Of a stretch of DNA of 64,000 nucleotides, positions 48,568 to 57,162 are shown piece after piece; the first letter of the stretch is position 1; each line of letters opens with the position of its first letter. The position numbers and the translations under genes are program-made. Origin of the DNA: a virus; the IMG/VR virus record IMGVR_UViG_3300044681_000281, positions 11,131-75,130 of that record. One strand, given 5' to 3'. The notes beneath the pieces are model-generated. The model did not search any database. It saw only the letters and a program-made list of their open reading frames with translations, and was not told where the DNA came from.

Positions 48568-49247
48568 TGAAACTTTTAAAGGACATATATAACTTTTTAT
48601 TAGGTGAACAATCTGAACCTAAATTGGCGAGTAGACCAAGATCTCTTGCGGATGCGATAAAAAAGAGACACCCTGTTAGTTTTTTTTATAACGGACCAAG
48701 AGGAAAGGTACAAGCGGGAAGAAGAGTAAAAGCGGAAATGGTTGCTTTAGGTCTTTCTAAAAAAGGTAATATGATCGTAAGAGCGTGGGTTGAACCACCA
48801 TCCAGATCTAAGACCGGTTTTGAAAAGGGTCATTGGAGAACTTTTATGGTGGGTAGAATGAATCAAATCGAAATATTTGATCAGGAGACCTTTGACCAAA
48901 AACGTCCAGGATACAAAGAAGGTGATGATAACTCAATGACTGTTACTTACGTTACACCTGATTGGTCATCGACTCCATCACCACAACAACCTGAAACACA
49001 ACCACAAGAACCAACCCCACAAGAACCTACCCAACCTGAACCTCAGGACACAACACCCACTGAACCTGAACAGTCAATCGAACCTCAGAGTGTGGATTTA
49101 CCACAACCTGAACCTGAAAATACTCCAAGTATTGAACCACCACAAGTGGATGATAATGAGGATGATGACGAAACAGAGGATGAACCAAATAATAGTGAGG
49201 AGTTAAATGAAACCCTCAAAAGAATAAAGGAATTACTTTATTATTAA
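48567..49247 (+). CDS. Stand-alone WYL-like domain protein with a Pro/Gln/Glu-rich tail
   Basis: AIKKRHPVSFFY...R..E...LG......VRAW...WRTFMVGRM matches the WYL fold pattern. Confidence 0.7.
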   Translation: MKLLKDIYNFLLGEQSEPKLASRPRSLADAIKKRHPVSFFYNGPRGKVQAGRRVKAEMVALGLSKKGNMIVRAWVEPPSRSKTGFEKGHWRTFMVGRMNQIEIFDQETFDQKRPGYKEGDDNSMTVTYVTPDWSSTPSPQQPETQPQEPTPQEPTQPEPQDTTPTEPEQSIEPQSVDLPQPEPENTPSIEPPQVDDNEDDDETEDEPNNSEELNETLKRIKELLYY

Positions 49248-49283
49248 GAAATAATTTTTTATATTTTATAAAGTTTAAACAAT

Positions 49284-49889
49284 ATGTCACAGCAAGGTAC
49301 AGGAACTATTAACGAGAACGATTTAATGAAAAAACTCGTCAACGCAAAGAAAGTAATGAATGCGGTTGACGGAGGTAATTATACTACGGGTAATATTAAC
49401 CCCGCATCCATTATGGAATCACCAGATGAATTAATGTCGTCGAATTCGCCCATTAAACCAAGATCAGTATCCACACCTGTTGTGAACGAAGATAGAATTA
49501 AAAACTCTAAATTACCCGACTCAATTAAACAGGCAATGATTAACAACCCAATCCCTACAATGGAACAAATTTCTTTAAGTGATGGGTTGGATATGAATTT
49601 TATTGAAGGTGCTAAGAAGTTAATGGAAAGGGAGGGTTTATCAAAACCCCAACCCGCAACAGTGTCATTACCAAAACAGGTTTCTATTCCAACATCGTCA
49701 TATTCAAATGATGATCTTAAGTCCTTAATTAAAGAAACAATAAAGGATACCTTAGAGGAGATTGTGGAAAGGAAATTAAATTTAATCCTCACCGCACAAC
49801 AAACCGCATCAATCAACGAAAATCTCGTACTAAAAGTGGGTGATTCCGTATTCAAAGGAAAGATTACTGGCGTAAATAAAGCCAAGTAA
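49284..49889 (+). CDS. Hypothetical protein
   Basis: 201-aa ORF containing IKNSKLPDSIKQAMINNPI. Confidence 0.75.
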   Translation: MSQQGTGTINENDLMKKLVNAKKVMNAVDGGNYTTGNINPASIMESPDELMSSNSPIKPRSVSTPVVNEDRIKNSKLPDSIKQAMINNPIPTMEQISLSDGLDMNFIEGAKKLMEREGLSKPQPATVSLPKQVSIPTSSYSNDDLKSLIKETIKDTLEEIVERKLNLILTAQQTASINENLVLKVGDSVFKGKITGVNKAK

Positions 49890-49892
49890 GGA

Positions 49893-49923
49893 TTGATTTC
49901 ATCACTTTTTTTTCTTATATTTT
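49893..49923 (+). promoter_or_regulatory. Candidate promoter of the glycosyltransferase/nucleotide operon
   Basis: TTG-N20-TATATTTT, same geometry as the polymerase promoter. Confidence 0.55.
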
Positions 49924-49941
49924 GATATATAACAAAAATAT

Positions 49942-51171
49942 ATGTCAAAAGTTAGAGTACTTGCCGTTCCGTCCGATTCGCACGGTGTCGGTAAATTCAG
50001 AATGATAGATCCATTTACCTACATTGGAGATAATTTCTCAGACGAGGTACATGTTGATATCGTTTTTGATGTACCTAATGAAGATTCCTATTTCCACAAC
50101 TACGATATTGTGGTCTTCCATTCTTTCATACATAAATTAAGTCACGAAGAAAATATCGAAAGAATTAAGTGGTTAAAAACGAATGGAATTAAGGTTGTAG
50201 TAGATACCGACGACTTTTGGAAAATTGATCATCGTCACCCCAATTACGAGACATTTAAAAAAATCGAGTTACCAAGAAGAAGGGCGGAACTAATTAAGTT
50301 GGCCGATTATGTGACAACTACAACCGAAGTTTATTCGAACACAATTAAAACTCTTCTAAATAGAAGTAATGTTTTTGTCTTCCCCAATGCAGTTAACGAA
50401 AAAGAATCTCAGTTTCAACCCAAACCAATTAAATCGGATAAAATTAGGTTCGGTTGGTTAGGGGGATCCTCTCATTATCATGATTTGGATCTTATTAGAG
50501 GGGGGATAAATTTGATTCAAAATCAGTATCCTGATAAGTCTCAATTTGTTCTATGTGGTTTTGATCTTAGAGGTAATATGAGAGAGATTAATAAAATTAC
50601 CGGTGAGATAAAAGAAAGACCAATTAGACCCGAAGAAACCGTATGGGTTAAATACGAGGAGATTTTTACACAAAATTACAGATCTTTAGACACTGATTAT
50701 ATTAATCACCTAAAGTCATTCACCCCAAACCCACATCCCGACGAACTTAATAAACCATATGTTCGTAGATGGACTATGGATATTAACAAATATGCAACTA
50801 ACTACAACTATTTTGATGTTTCATTGGCACCATTAGTGAATAGTGATTTCAATAAAAATAAATCACAGTTAAAGGTTATTGAGGCGGGGTTCCATAAAAA
50901 GGCAATAATCGCCACGGCGGAAAATCCTTACCTATTAGATTTGGTTAGTGGGTATGAAAATGGTAAATTCACAGATAATGGAAATGGTCTTTTAGTGCAA
51001 TCATCTAAAAACCATAAACAGTGGCATCAACACATGAAAAGATTAATTGATAATCCTTCATTAATTGAAGATTTGGGTAATCGATTATATGAAACGGTAA
51101 AAGACAAGTATTCCCTCTCTACCGTTTCCAAAAATAGAGTGGAATTCTTAAAATCAATCATTAATAATTAA
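49942..51171 (+). CDS. Glycosyltransferase, GT-B (GT4-like)
   Basis: VDTDD, ADYVTTTT, FPNAV, GWLGGSSH, DVSLAPL...FNKNKSQLKVIEAG. Confidence 0.85.
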   Translation: MSKVRVLAVPSDSHGVGKFRMIDPFTYIGDNFSDEVHVDIVFDVPNEDSYFHNYDIVVFHSFIHKLSHEENIERIKWLKTNGIKVVVDTDDFWKIDHRHPNYETFKKIELPRRRAELIKLADYVTTTTEVYSNTIKTLLNRSNVFVFPNAVNEKESQFQPKPIKSDKIRFGWLGGSSHYHDLDLIRGGINLIQNQYPDKSQFVLCGFDLRGNMREINKITGEIKERPIRPEETVWVKYEEIFTQNYRSLDTDYINHLKSFTPNPHPDELNKPYVRRWTMDINKYATNYNYFDVSLAPLVNSDFNKNKSQLKVIEAGFHKKAIIATAENPYLLDLVSGYENGKFTDNGNGLLVQSSKNHKQWHQHMKRLIDNPSLIEDLGNRLYETVKDKYSLSTVSKNRVEFLKSIINN

Positions 51172-51182
51172 AACAAAAAGTT

Positions 51183-51416
51183 ATGTATTATTTAGCAACC
51201 GTAGGTTATGAATTGGAACAATTGGATAGAGCAGGTAATCCAAGGGTTCAGAAAGTTAAGTATGTTGTCGAAGCAGAATCTGTTGAAGAGGCAACGATCG
51301 TCCTATCTAGATATCGTGCGGAGGACATGAGGTCAAGCGAAAGTATTTCAATTGCGAAAATGCCAATTGAGTGTGTACTTGATTCTAAGATCACTCCCGA
51401 ATATTATAAAGGTTAA
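51183..51416 (+). CDS. DUF4494-like small protein
   Basis: Y...V.Y......G......YVVEAESVEEA pattern, as in the Bacteroidota DUF4494 family. Confidence 0.55.
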   Translation: MYYLATVGYELEQLDRAGNPRVQKVKYVVEAESVEEATIVLSRYRAEDMRSSESISIAKMPIECVLDSKITPEYYKG

Positions 51417-51421
51417 TTATC

Positions 51422-51982
51422 ATGTTAAATAAAGAACAAATAGAAAAAAATAAATCGAAGTTACTTGAGACCTCAGAAAAGTATGGGGTCTTAAGTGATT
51501 CTCTTTTAGAATTTTTAGGTGACGATCTGTTTGTTGCTCCCGCATCTACTTCGTTAGATATGTACGGTGCATATCCAGGTGGTTTGGTTGAACACATCTT
51601 TGTTGCATCTAAATACGCGGTGAAGGTCAACAGTCTATTACCTGAGAAACTCCAACAGGACGTTTCATCAATCCTAAAATGTACCATTCTCTCTCAGATT
51701 GGTAAGGTGTTCTTATTTGTACCTAACGAAAGTGAGTGGCATAGGAATAAATTAGGTAAGATGTACGAATTTAATGATCAGTTAGTTTCAATGAAGGTGG
51801 GTGAAAGGTCCACATACTACTGTTCAAAATATGGAGTACAATTAAACGAGGAGGAGTATCAAACAATACTTAACTCTGATAAAGGAGATGATGACTTACA
51901 AGCTAAGTATCATTCGACACCATTAGCCCAAGTTGTAAAACAAGGGTTTGAGTTAGCGATTTTTGAACAGAAACATGGATGA
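51422..51982 (+). CDS. HD-domain-like (YhaM-type) protein with a degenerate HD motif
   Basis: APAS...GAYPGGLVEH conserved, but LHDIGK appears as LSQIGK. Confidence 0.7.
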   Translation: MLNKEQIEKNKSKLLETSEKYGVLSDSLLEFLGDDLFVAPASTSLDMYGAYPGGLVEHIFVASKYAVKVNSLLPEKLQQDVSSILKCTILSQIGKVFLFVPNESEWHRNKLGKMYEFNDQLVSMKVGERSTYYCSKYGVQLNEEEYQTILNSDKGDDDLQAKYHSTPLAQVVKQGFELAIFEQKHG

Positions 51983-52583
51983 GAGAACAATAAAAGAATA
52001 TATTGAAAAATTAGAATCTTTTGAGAAAACATTGTCTGAAAATGAGGACTCTGTTGACGAATCTTACATTGGTGAAATTGAGTCAGTTTTAAGACAACTA
52101 TCTTTAGATGCGTCAAATGAGGTTGGTGAGTATCAACCTCAAACTTTTTCTCAGGAGTTTATTTGTAGACTGAAACGAACCCACCCTGATGCGGTAGTAC
52201 CAACTTATTCTAAAGATGGTGATGCGGGAATGGACATCACCGCGGTAAGTATCGTTACAAATACACCAACCCAAGTAACCTACGGAACAGGAATATCCGT
52301 TGAGATACCAAAAAATTACGTGGGTTTGGTTTTTCCAAGATCATCGATTAGAAAATACGAATTAGAACTAAGTAATTCCGTTGGAGTAATCGACAGTGGG
52401 TATCGTGGGGAAATACAGGCAACATTTAATAAAACAAATGGTTTAGATTCAATCATTTACAATGTGGGTGATAGAATTTGCCAAATAATGATTATACCAT
52501 ATCCAAAAATCACTTTTCATGAGGTTGATGAATTATCTGACACAGAAAGAGGTGAAGGTGGTTTTGGGTCTACAGGTGAATAA
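51975..52583 (+). CDS. dut: Trimeric dUTPase with an N-terminal extension
   Basis: DAGMDI, PRSS, GVIDSGYRGEI, GDRICQ, RGEGGFGSTG. Confidence 0.95.
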   Translation: MDERTIKEYIEKLESFEKTLSENEDSVDESYIGEIESVLRQLSLDASNEVGEYQPQTFSQEFICRLKRTHPDAVVPTYSKDGDAGMDITAVSIVTNTPTQVTYGTGISVEIPKNYVGLVFPRSSIRKYELELSNSVGVIDSGYRGEIQATFNKTNGLDSIIYNVGDRICQIMIIPYPKITFHEVDELSDTERGEGGFGSTGE

Positions 52584-52606
52584 ATTTATAATACACAAAA
52601 ATATTA

Positions 52607-53305
52607 ATGGCCCAAAGAAGGACTACAGAACGAAGACAAACTCATAAGGAAAGAATTAGAGAGATCTTTAAAAAACCGAGAGAAAAGTTTTTAACCGAAT
52701 CCCAAAAAGAATATTGGGATGTCTTAGATAAGAACGAAATAACACTATGTTTTGGACCCGCAGGTGTGGGTAAATCATATATCGCAATGAAAAAGGCGGT
52801 TGATTTACTTCATGATGACGACAACAAATATGAAAAAATTATAATTGTTCGTCCGGCGGTGGAAGCCGAAGAGAAGTTAGGATCATTACCGGGTGGTTTA
52901 GAAGAAAAGTTAGACCCATATATTTTTCCATCATATTACCTATTGAATAAAATTATAGGTAAAGAGTGTAGAGAAAAATTAAAAGATGAGGGTTACATAG
53001 AGGTTGCCGCGCTAGCATATATGAGAGGTTGGAATGTGGATAATACAATCTTAATTTTTGAGGAAGCACAAAACGCCACTCCCGCACAAATGAAGTTACT
53101 TTTAACGAGAATTGGTTTTAACACTAAATTCTTTATTTCGGGTGACTTAGAACAGTCTGATAAGTTCAAAGACAAAACTAAGAGCGGTCTTTATGATGCT
53201 AAAGTCAGATTAGATGGAGTTAAAAATATCGGAGTTTTTGAGTTTGGCGATAAGGATATTGTAAGAAATCCAATCATTGGTCAAATATTAAAAAGATACG
53301 ATTAA
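52607..53305 (+). CDS. phoH: PhoH-like ATPase
   Basis: GPAGVGKS, RPAVEAEEKLGSLPG, AYMRG, EEAQN, GDLEQSD, DIVRNP. Confidence 0.93.
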   Translation: MAQRRTTERRQTHKERIREIFKKPREKFLTESQKEYWDVLDKNEITLCFGPAGVGKSYIAMKKAVDLLHDDDNKYEKIIIVRPAVEAEEKLGSLPGGLEEKLDPYIFPSYYLLNKIIGKECREKLKDEGYIEVAALAYMRGWNVDNTILIFEEAQNATPAQMKLLLTRIGFNTKFFISGDLEQSDKFKDKTKSGLYDAKVRLDGVKNIGVFEFGDKDIVRNPIIGQILKRYD

Positions 53306-53341
53306 CTTTACTTATAATAAGTTTTTTGTTATATTATTAAA

Positions 53342-53992
53342 ATGGAGATTTTTATAAGCATAGATGGGGTACTTAGAAATACAATAGCTAAGTTTGATTA
53401 CCATTATAAAGATTATTATTTAGATACTGATCCTGAGGAAAAAACAGATGAGGAGAACTCATTTGAGTATGGGGTTATTGAACCCGTTAGAAATAACTTC
53501 CTTTTAGAAAGTTATAAATTCCAATCTAAGGATGAGTTTAATAATTTTACATTCATCGACTATGCGGTAGAGATCTTTGGTCACGCAAATCAAAGTTATC
53601 CAACAGCATTCTTTGATCTCAACAATTTAATTTACGAGAACAAGGAACATAGATTTACCTTGGTCGGTATTGATGAGTTAGGGAAGGCAAAACCTTCCAC
53701 CCTTTTCCTTCTTTCTAGAAACGGTTTTATGGGCAATAATATCAGATTCACAATGGGTTCTGAAATACCTAATTTGTGGAAGGAGTGTGATTTATGGATT
53801 ACTGATAGTAAAACAATTATCGACTCGTGTCCAAAGTCAAAAAGGGTGGTAAAATTCAATACGGAATACAACCAATACTTTACAAATCCCTTAGAAATAC
53901 ATAAATTAACAGAAATAGATAAAACATGGTTGAAATCTTCGGAGAACTTTATTACATCGACATTGAAAAAATTGTTGAGAGCTGCGAATTAA
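53342..53992 (+). CDS. HAD-fold 5'-nucleotidase-like protein lacking the nucleophile Asp
   Basis: ISIDGVLRN in place of IDxDGV; DLWITD; KFNTEYN. Confidence 0.6.
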   Translation: MEIFISIDGVLRNTIAKFDYHYKDYYLDTDPEEKTDEENSFEYGVIEPVRNNFLLESYKFQSKDEFNNFTFIDYAVEIFGHANQSYPTAFFDLNNLIYENKEHRFTLVGIDELGKAKPSTLFLLSRNGFMGNNIRFTMGSEIPNLWKECDLWITDSKTIIDSCPKSKRVVKFNTEYNQYFTNPLEIHKLTEIDKTWLKSSENFITSTLKKLLRAAN

Positions 53993-54216
53993 ATGTCGAG
54001 CCGATAGAAAATGAGGACGGCACCACACAACAAGTGGAACAAACAATAAACGTGTTTAAATACGACACAATAAAACAGTGTTTAGACACTGTATTAACAG
54101 AAGGTACTCATGATGATAATGGACTTGGTCTATTGAATAGTGAACTGAGTTTACCTTTTAAGTTCGCATTTAACACATTAATAAAATATGGAATTATAGT
54201 TAAAGATTATGAGTGA
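53926..54216 (+). CDS. Hypothetical protein
   Basis: 96-aa ORF ending FKFAFNTLIKYGII; overlaps both neighbours. Confidence 0.7.
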   Translation: MVEIFGELYYIDIEKIVESCELNVEPIENEDGTTQQVEQTINVFKYDTIKQCLDTVLTEGTHDDNGLGLLNSELSLPFKFAFNTLIKYGIIVKDYE

Positions 54217-55279
54217 TCAAATACAAGATAATATTACAAAACTTGAAAGTGCGTTATCTAGGTTAGAAGAGAATAATTATAAGGTTTATTTTCTAACCTA
54301 TGATACGAAGGGTAACGCACGTGCTGCGATTAAATACATTTACGATACCGCCCTTACACTAAGGTCGGAGGGGATAGATGCCAACATTTTAGTTGAGGAT
54401 AAGAATTATACAGGAGTAAAGGCATGGTTAGGTGACACCTACAATGAAATACCTATTGTAACAATTAAAGAGGATAAAATTCAAATGAGTATTGACGATG
54501 TATTGGTCGTCCCCGAATACTACTCAAATGTTTTAGAACAACTCTCTAACGTCAGATGTACTAAAATTATGTTGGTACAACAGACGGAATACATTTTTGA
54601 GACTTTACCTGTTGGTAGTCGATGGAGTGATTACGGTTTTGATAAGGTAATTACAACTACTGAGAAATCAAAGGAATATATTAAATCTATTTTCCCCGAA
54701 TCTTTAATTTTTGTGAATCCACCAAAAATCAGTGAAATTTTCACTCCAAGTGAAACACCCACAAAACCATTTATTGCGATTAGTGCGAGAGACAGGGGTC
54801 AACATAGGAGAATCATCTCTGAATTCTATTTAAAGTACCCCCAATTACGTTGGGTGACCTTCAAGGACATGGTACAAATGACACATGTAGAATTTGCCGA
54901 CCAATTAAAAGAATGTATTTGTTCTGTTTGGATGGATGACGAATCTACATTCGGCACCTTCCCATTAGAATCAATGAAATGTGGTGTTCCCGTGATTGGT
55001 AAAATTCCAAATACAGAACCAGAGTGGTTATCTGAAAATGGGATTTGGACCTACGATCTTAATAAGATTGTTGAACTTATTGGGACCTATGTTTTGGCGT
55101 GGTTAGAGGGTGTGACAATCAATGAAGAAGTAAAAGATAAAATGTCACAAACATTAATACCATACACTAGTGACATTATTGATAATAACGTCATTTCAAT
55201 TTTTAATTCGTTCAGAAATACAAGAATTAAGACAATTGAAAATGCATTAAATAATTTGAAAGAAGAAGTAAACGTATGA
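54209..55279 (+). CDS. Glycosyltransferase-like, GT-B
   Basis: DVLVVPE, STFGTFPLESMKCGVPVIG (E.FG.P.LEAM.CG.PV signature). Confidence 0.8.
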   Translation: MSDQIQDNITKLESALSRLEENNYKVYFLTYDTKGNARAAIKYIYDTALTLRSEGIDANILVEDKNYTGVKAWLGDTYNEIPIVTIKEDKIQMSIDDVLVVPEYYSNVLEQLSNVRCTKIMLVQQTEYIFETLPVGSRWSDYGFDKVITTTEKSKEYIKSIFPESLIFVNPPKISEIFTPSETPTKPFIAISARDRGQHRRIISEFYLKYPQLRWVTFKDMVQMTHVEFADQLKECICSVWMDDESTFGTFPLESMKCGVPVIGKIPNTEPEWLSENGIWTYDLNKIVELIGTYVLAWLEGVTINEEVKDKMSQTLIPYTSDIIDNNVISIFNSFRNTRIKTIENALNNLKEEVNV

Positions 55280-56061
55280 AAAATATAACAGTGATTTTAC
55301 CGGTACACACCTTAGAAGGTGATTACTTAGAGATGTTATCCAAGGCAATTACTTCTGTTGAACAATTTCATGATGATCTTATTTTGAATATTGTGGGTCC
55401 ATCATCAGTTGTTGGTGGTTTAAAAAAGGAAGGTTTAAGTGACAAATTAGATATTACATTCACACAAAACGACGGAAATACTGATTTCTGTTCCCAAGTA
55501 AACTTAGGTATTGAAAATTGTGAAACTGAATGGTTTTCAATCCTTGAGATTGATGATGAACTGACATCAAATTGGTTACCTTCATTTGTTGAATACAGAA
55601 GACTTTTTGAAGACGCTGAGGTACTACTACCAATTGTCAAAGATGTTAACCCTGAAGGTAAATTAACAAGTTTTACCAATGAGTCTGTTTGGGCATATGG
55701 GTTTAGCGAAACTCAAGGTGTTATTGACAATGAAGTATTGTTAGATTATCAAAATTACCAAACAAGCGGTGGTTTTTATAAAACAGAAGTTATTAAAGAG
55801 AATGGATCTTTTAAAGAAAATATAAAACTTACTTTTAGTTATGAGTTCCTATTACGTTTGACACATAATGGTGTGAAAATTGCCGTTATCCCACAGATTG
55901 GATATCGACATGTAAACTTTAGAGAAGGTTCATTATTCTGGTCATATAAAAACGATGATGATAGTAAACTATCACAAAATGAACCTAAGTTTTGGTTAGA
56001 AACCGCAAAGAAAGAGTTCTTCTTCAAAAATAAACGAGATATTGAATATGTAGAAAGTTAA
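55276..56061 (+). CDS. Glycosyltransferase family 2-like, GT-A
   Basis: ITVILPVH, AITSV, NLGI, ILEIDDEL (DxD region), YEFLLRL. Confidence 0.8.
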   Translation: MKNITVILPVHTLEGDYLEMLSKAITSVEQFHDDLILNIVGPSSVVGGLKKEGLSDKLDITFTQNDGNTDFCSQVNLGIENCETEWFSILEIDDELTSNWLPSFVEYRRLFEDAEVLLPIVKDVNPEGKLTSFTNESVWAYGFSETQGVIDNEVLLDYQNYQTSGGFYKTEVIKENGSFKENIKLTFSYEFLLRLTHNGVKIAVIPQIGYRHVNFREGSLFWSYKNDDDSKLSQNEPKFWLETAKKEFFFKNKRDIEYVES

Positions 56062-56762
56062 TGCCACGTAAGCGAACCCAAAAAATGTACTTTGGGGAGG
56101 AGCAAGAACAAGCGGTAGTACGATATCTAGAATCAGAAAACGAAGACGAAAAGAATAAGATATTCAATGAATATTTAAGAGAACCTCTCACAATAATGGT
56201 GGAAAGTATAATCCGCCGTTACAAACTTTATAGAAAAGATTACGAGTTTGAAGAAATTCATACTGATACTATGTCATTTTTAATGACCAAGATCAGTAAG
56301 TTTGATACTACAAAAAATTACAAAGCGTATTCTTATTTTGGAACCATCTGTAAGAACTATTTGATGGGGACCATACAAAAGGACGTAAAAGAAACCAACC
56401 GATCCGTTTCATATGAAGACATATCCACGAGATTAGAAGATCGTGCAGATCTCTCATATGTTATTGACGAAGAAGACTTAGATTATAGAAACATTGTAAC
56501 TAAGTTAACGACCGAACTTGAGTTGTTTATCGAGAACGAAGATTTAAACGACAACGAAAAAAAGTTAGGTTATGCACTTATAGAAGTATTCTCAAATTTC
56601 GATAAGATTTTTCAGGTTGGGGACGGTAATAAATTTAACAAGAATTTGATTTTATTATCTCTAAGAGAGATGACTTCTCTAAGTACTAAGGAAATCCGAG
56701 TTGCTATGAAAAAGTACAAAAAACTTTACGAGGCACTTAAGTTGGATTTCATAAATAATTAG
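56061..56762 (+). CDS. Phage RNA polymerase sigma factor (gp55-like, probably late)
   Basis: KFDTTKNYKAYSYFGTICKNYL resembles sigma region 2 of phage late sigmas. Confidence 0.7.
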   Translation: MPRKRTQKMYFGEEQEQAVVRYLESENEDEKNKIFNEYLREPLTIMVESIIRRYKLYRKDYEFEEIHTDTMSFLMTKISKFDTTKNYKAYSYFGTICKNYLMGTIQKDVKETNRSVSYEDISTRLEDRADLSYVIDEEDLDYRNIVTKLTTELELFIENEDLNDNEKKLGYALIEVFSNFDKIFQVGDGNKFNKNLILLSLREMTSLSTKEIRVAMKKYKKLYEALKLDFINN

Positions 56763-56781
56763 AAACAATCTATTTATAGAT

Positions 56782-57162
56782 ATGAGAAGAAAGACAAATT
56801 TATTATCGTTAGATACTGATTCTGCCTTAGCACTTATGCAGGAAATCTACAATGACATTGTGGAACAAAAACAAACTGCGAGTATGATCACTAAAAAGAT
56901 GTTAAGTTTTATGAAGGAGTCTGAAGATATGACCATCATTGGACCTGTTATTAAAGAACAACAGAAGATCTTAAATGATTGTACAGAGAAGAAGATTTCT
57001 CTTGTAAAATTACAGAGTGCATTATTAAAACAAACTGGTGGTGGACAGACTGTAAGTGGAGGTAAATTAGATTTAACTGAAGAAGATAGAGTCTTATTGG
57101 AAAAACTCATGAAAGAGGATGACGAGTCCTCATCAGGGGGTAGGGAAAACTACAAAATGTAA
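56782..57162 (+). CDS. Hypothetical coiled-coil protein
   Basis: 126-aa ORF following TATTTAT. Confidence 0.7.
   Translation: MRRKTNLLSLDTDSALALMQEIYNDIVEQKQTASMITKKMLSFMKESEDMTIIGPVIKEQQKILNDCTEKKISLVKLQSALLKQTGGGQTVSGGKLDLTEEDRVLLEKLMKEDDESSSGGRENYKM

Noticed and set aside
49379-49948. 189-aa minus-strand ORF
   Set aside because: It is antisense to a plausible + strand gene in a + strand block and has no motifs.
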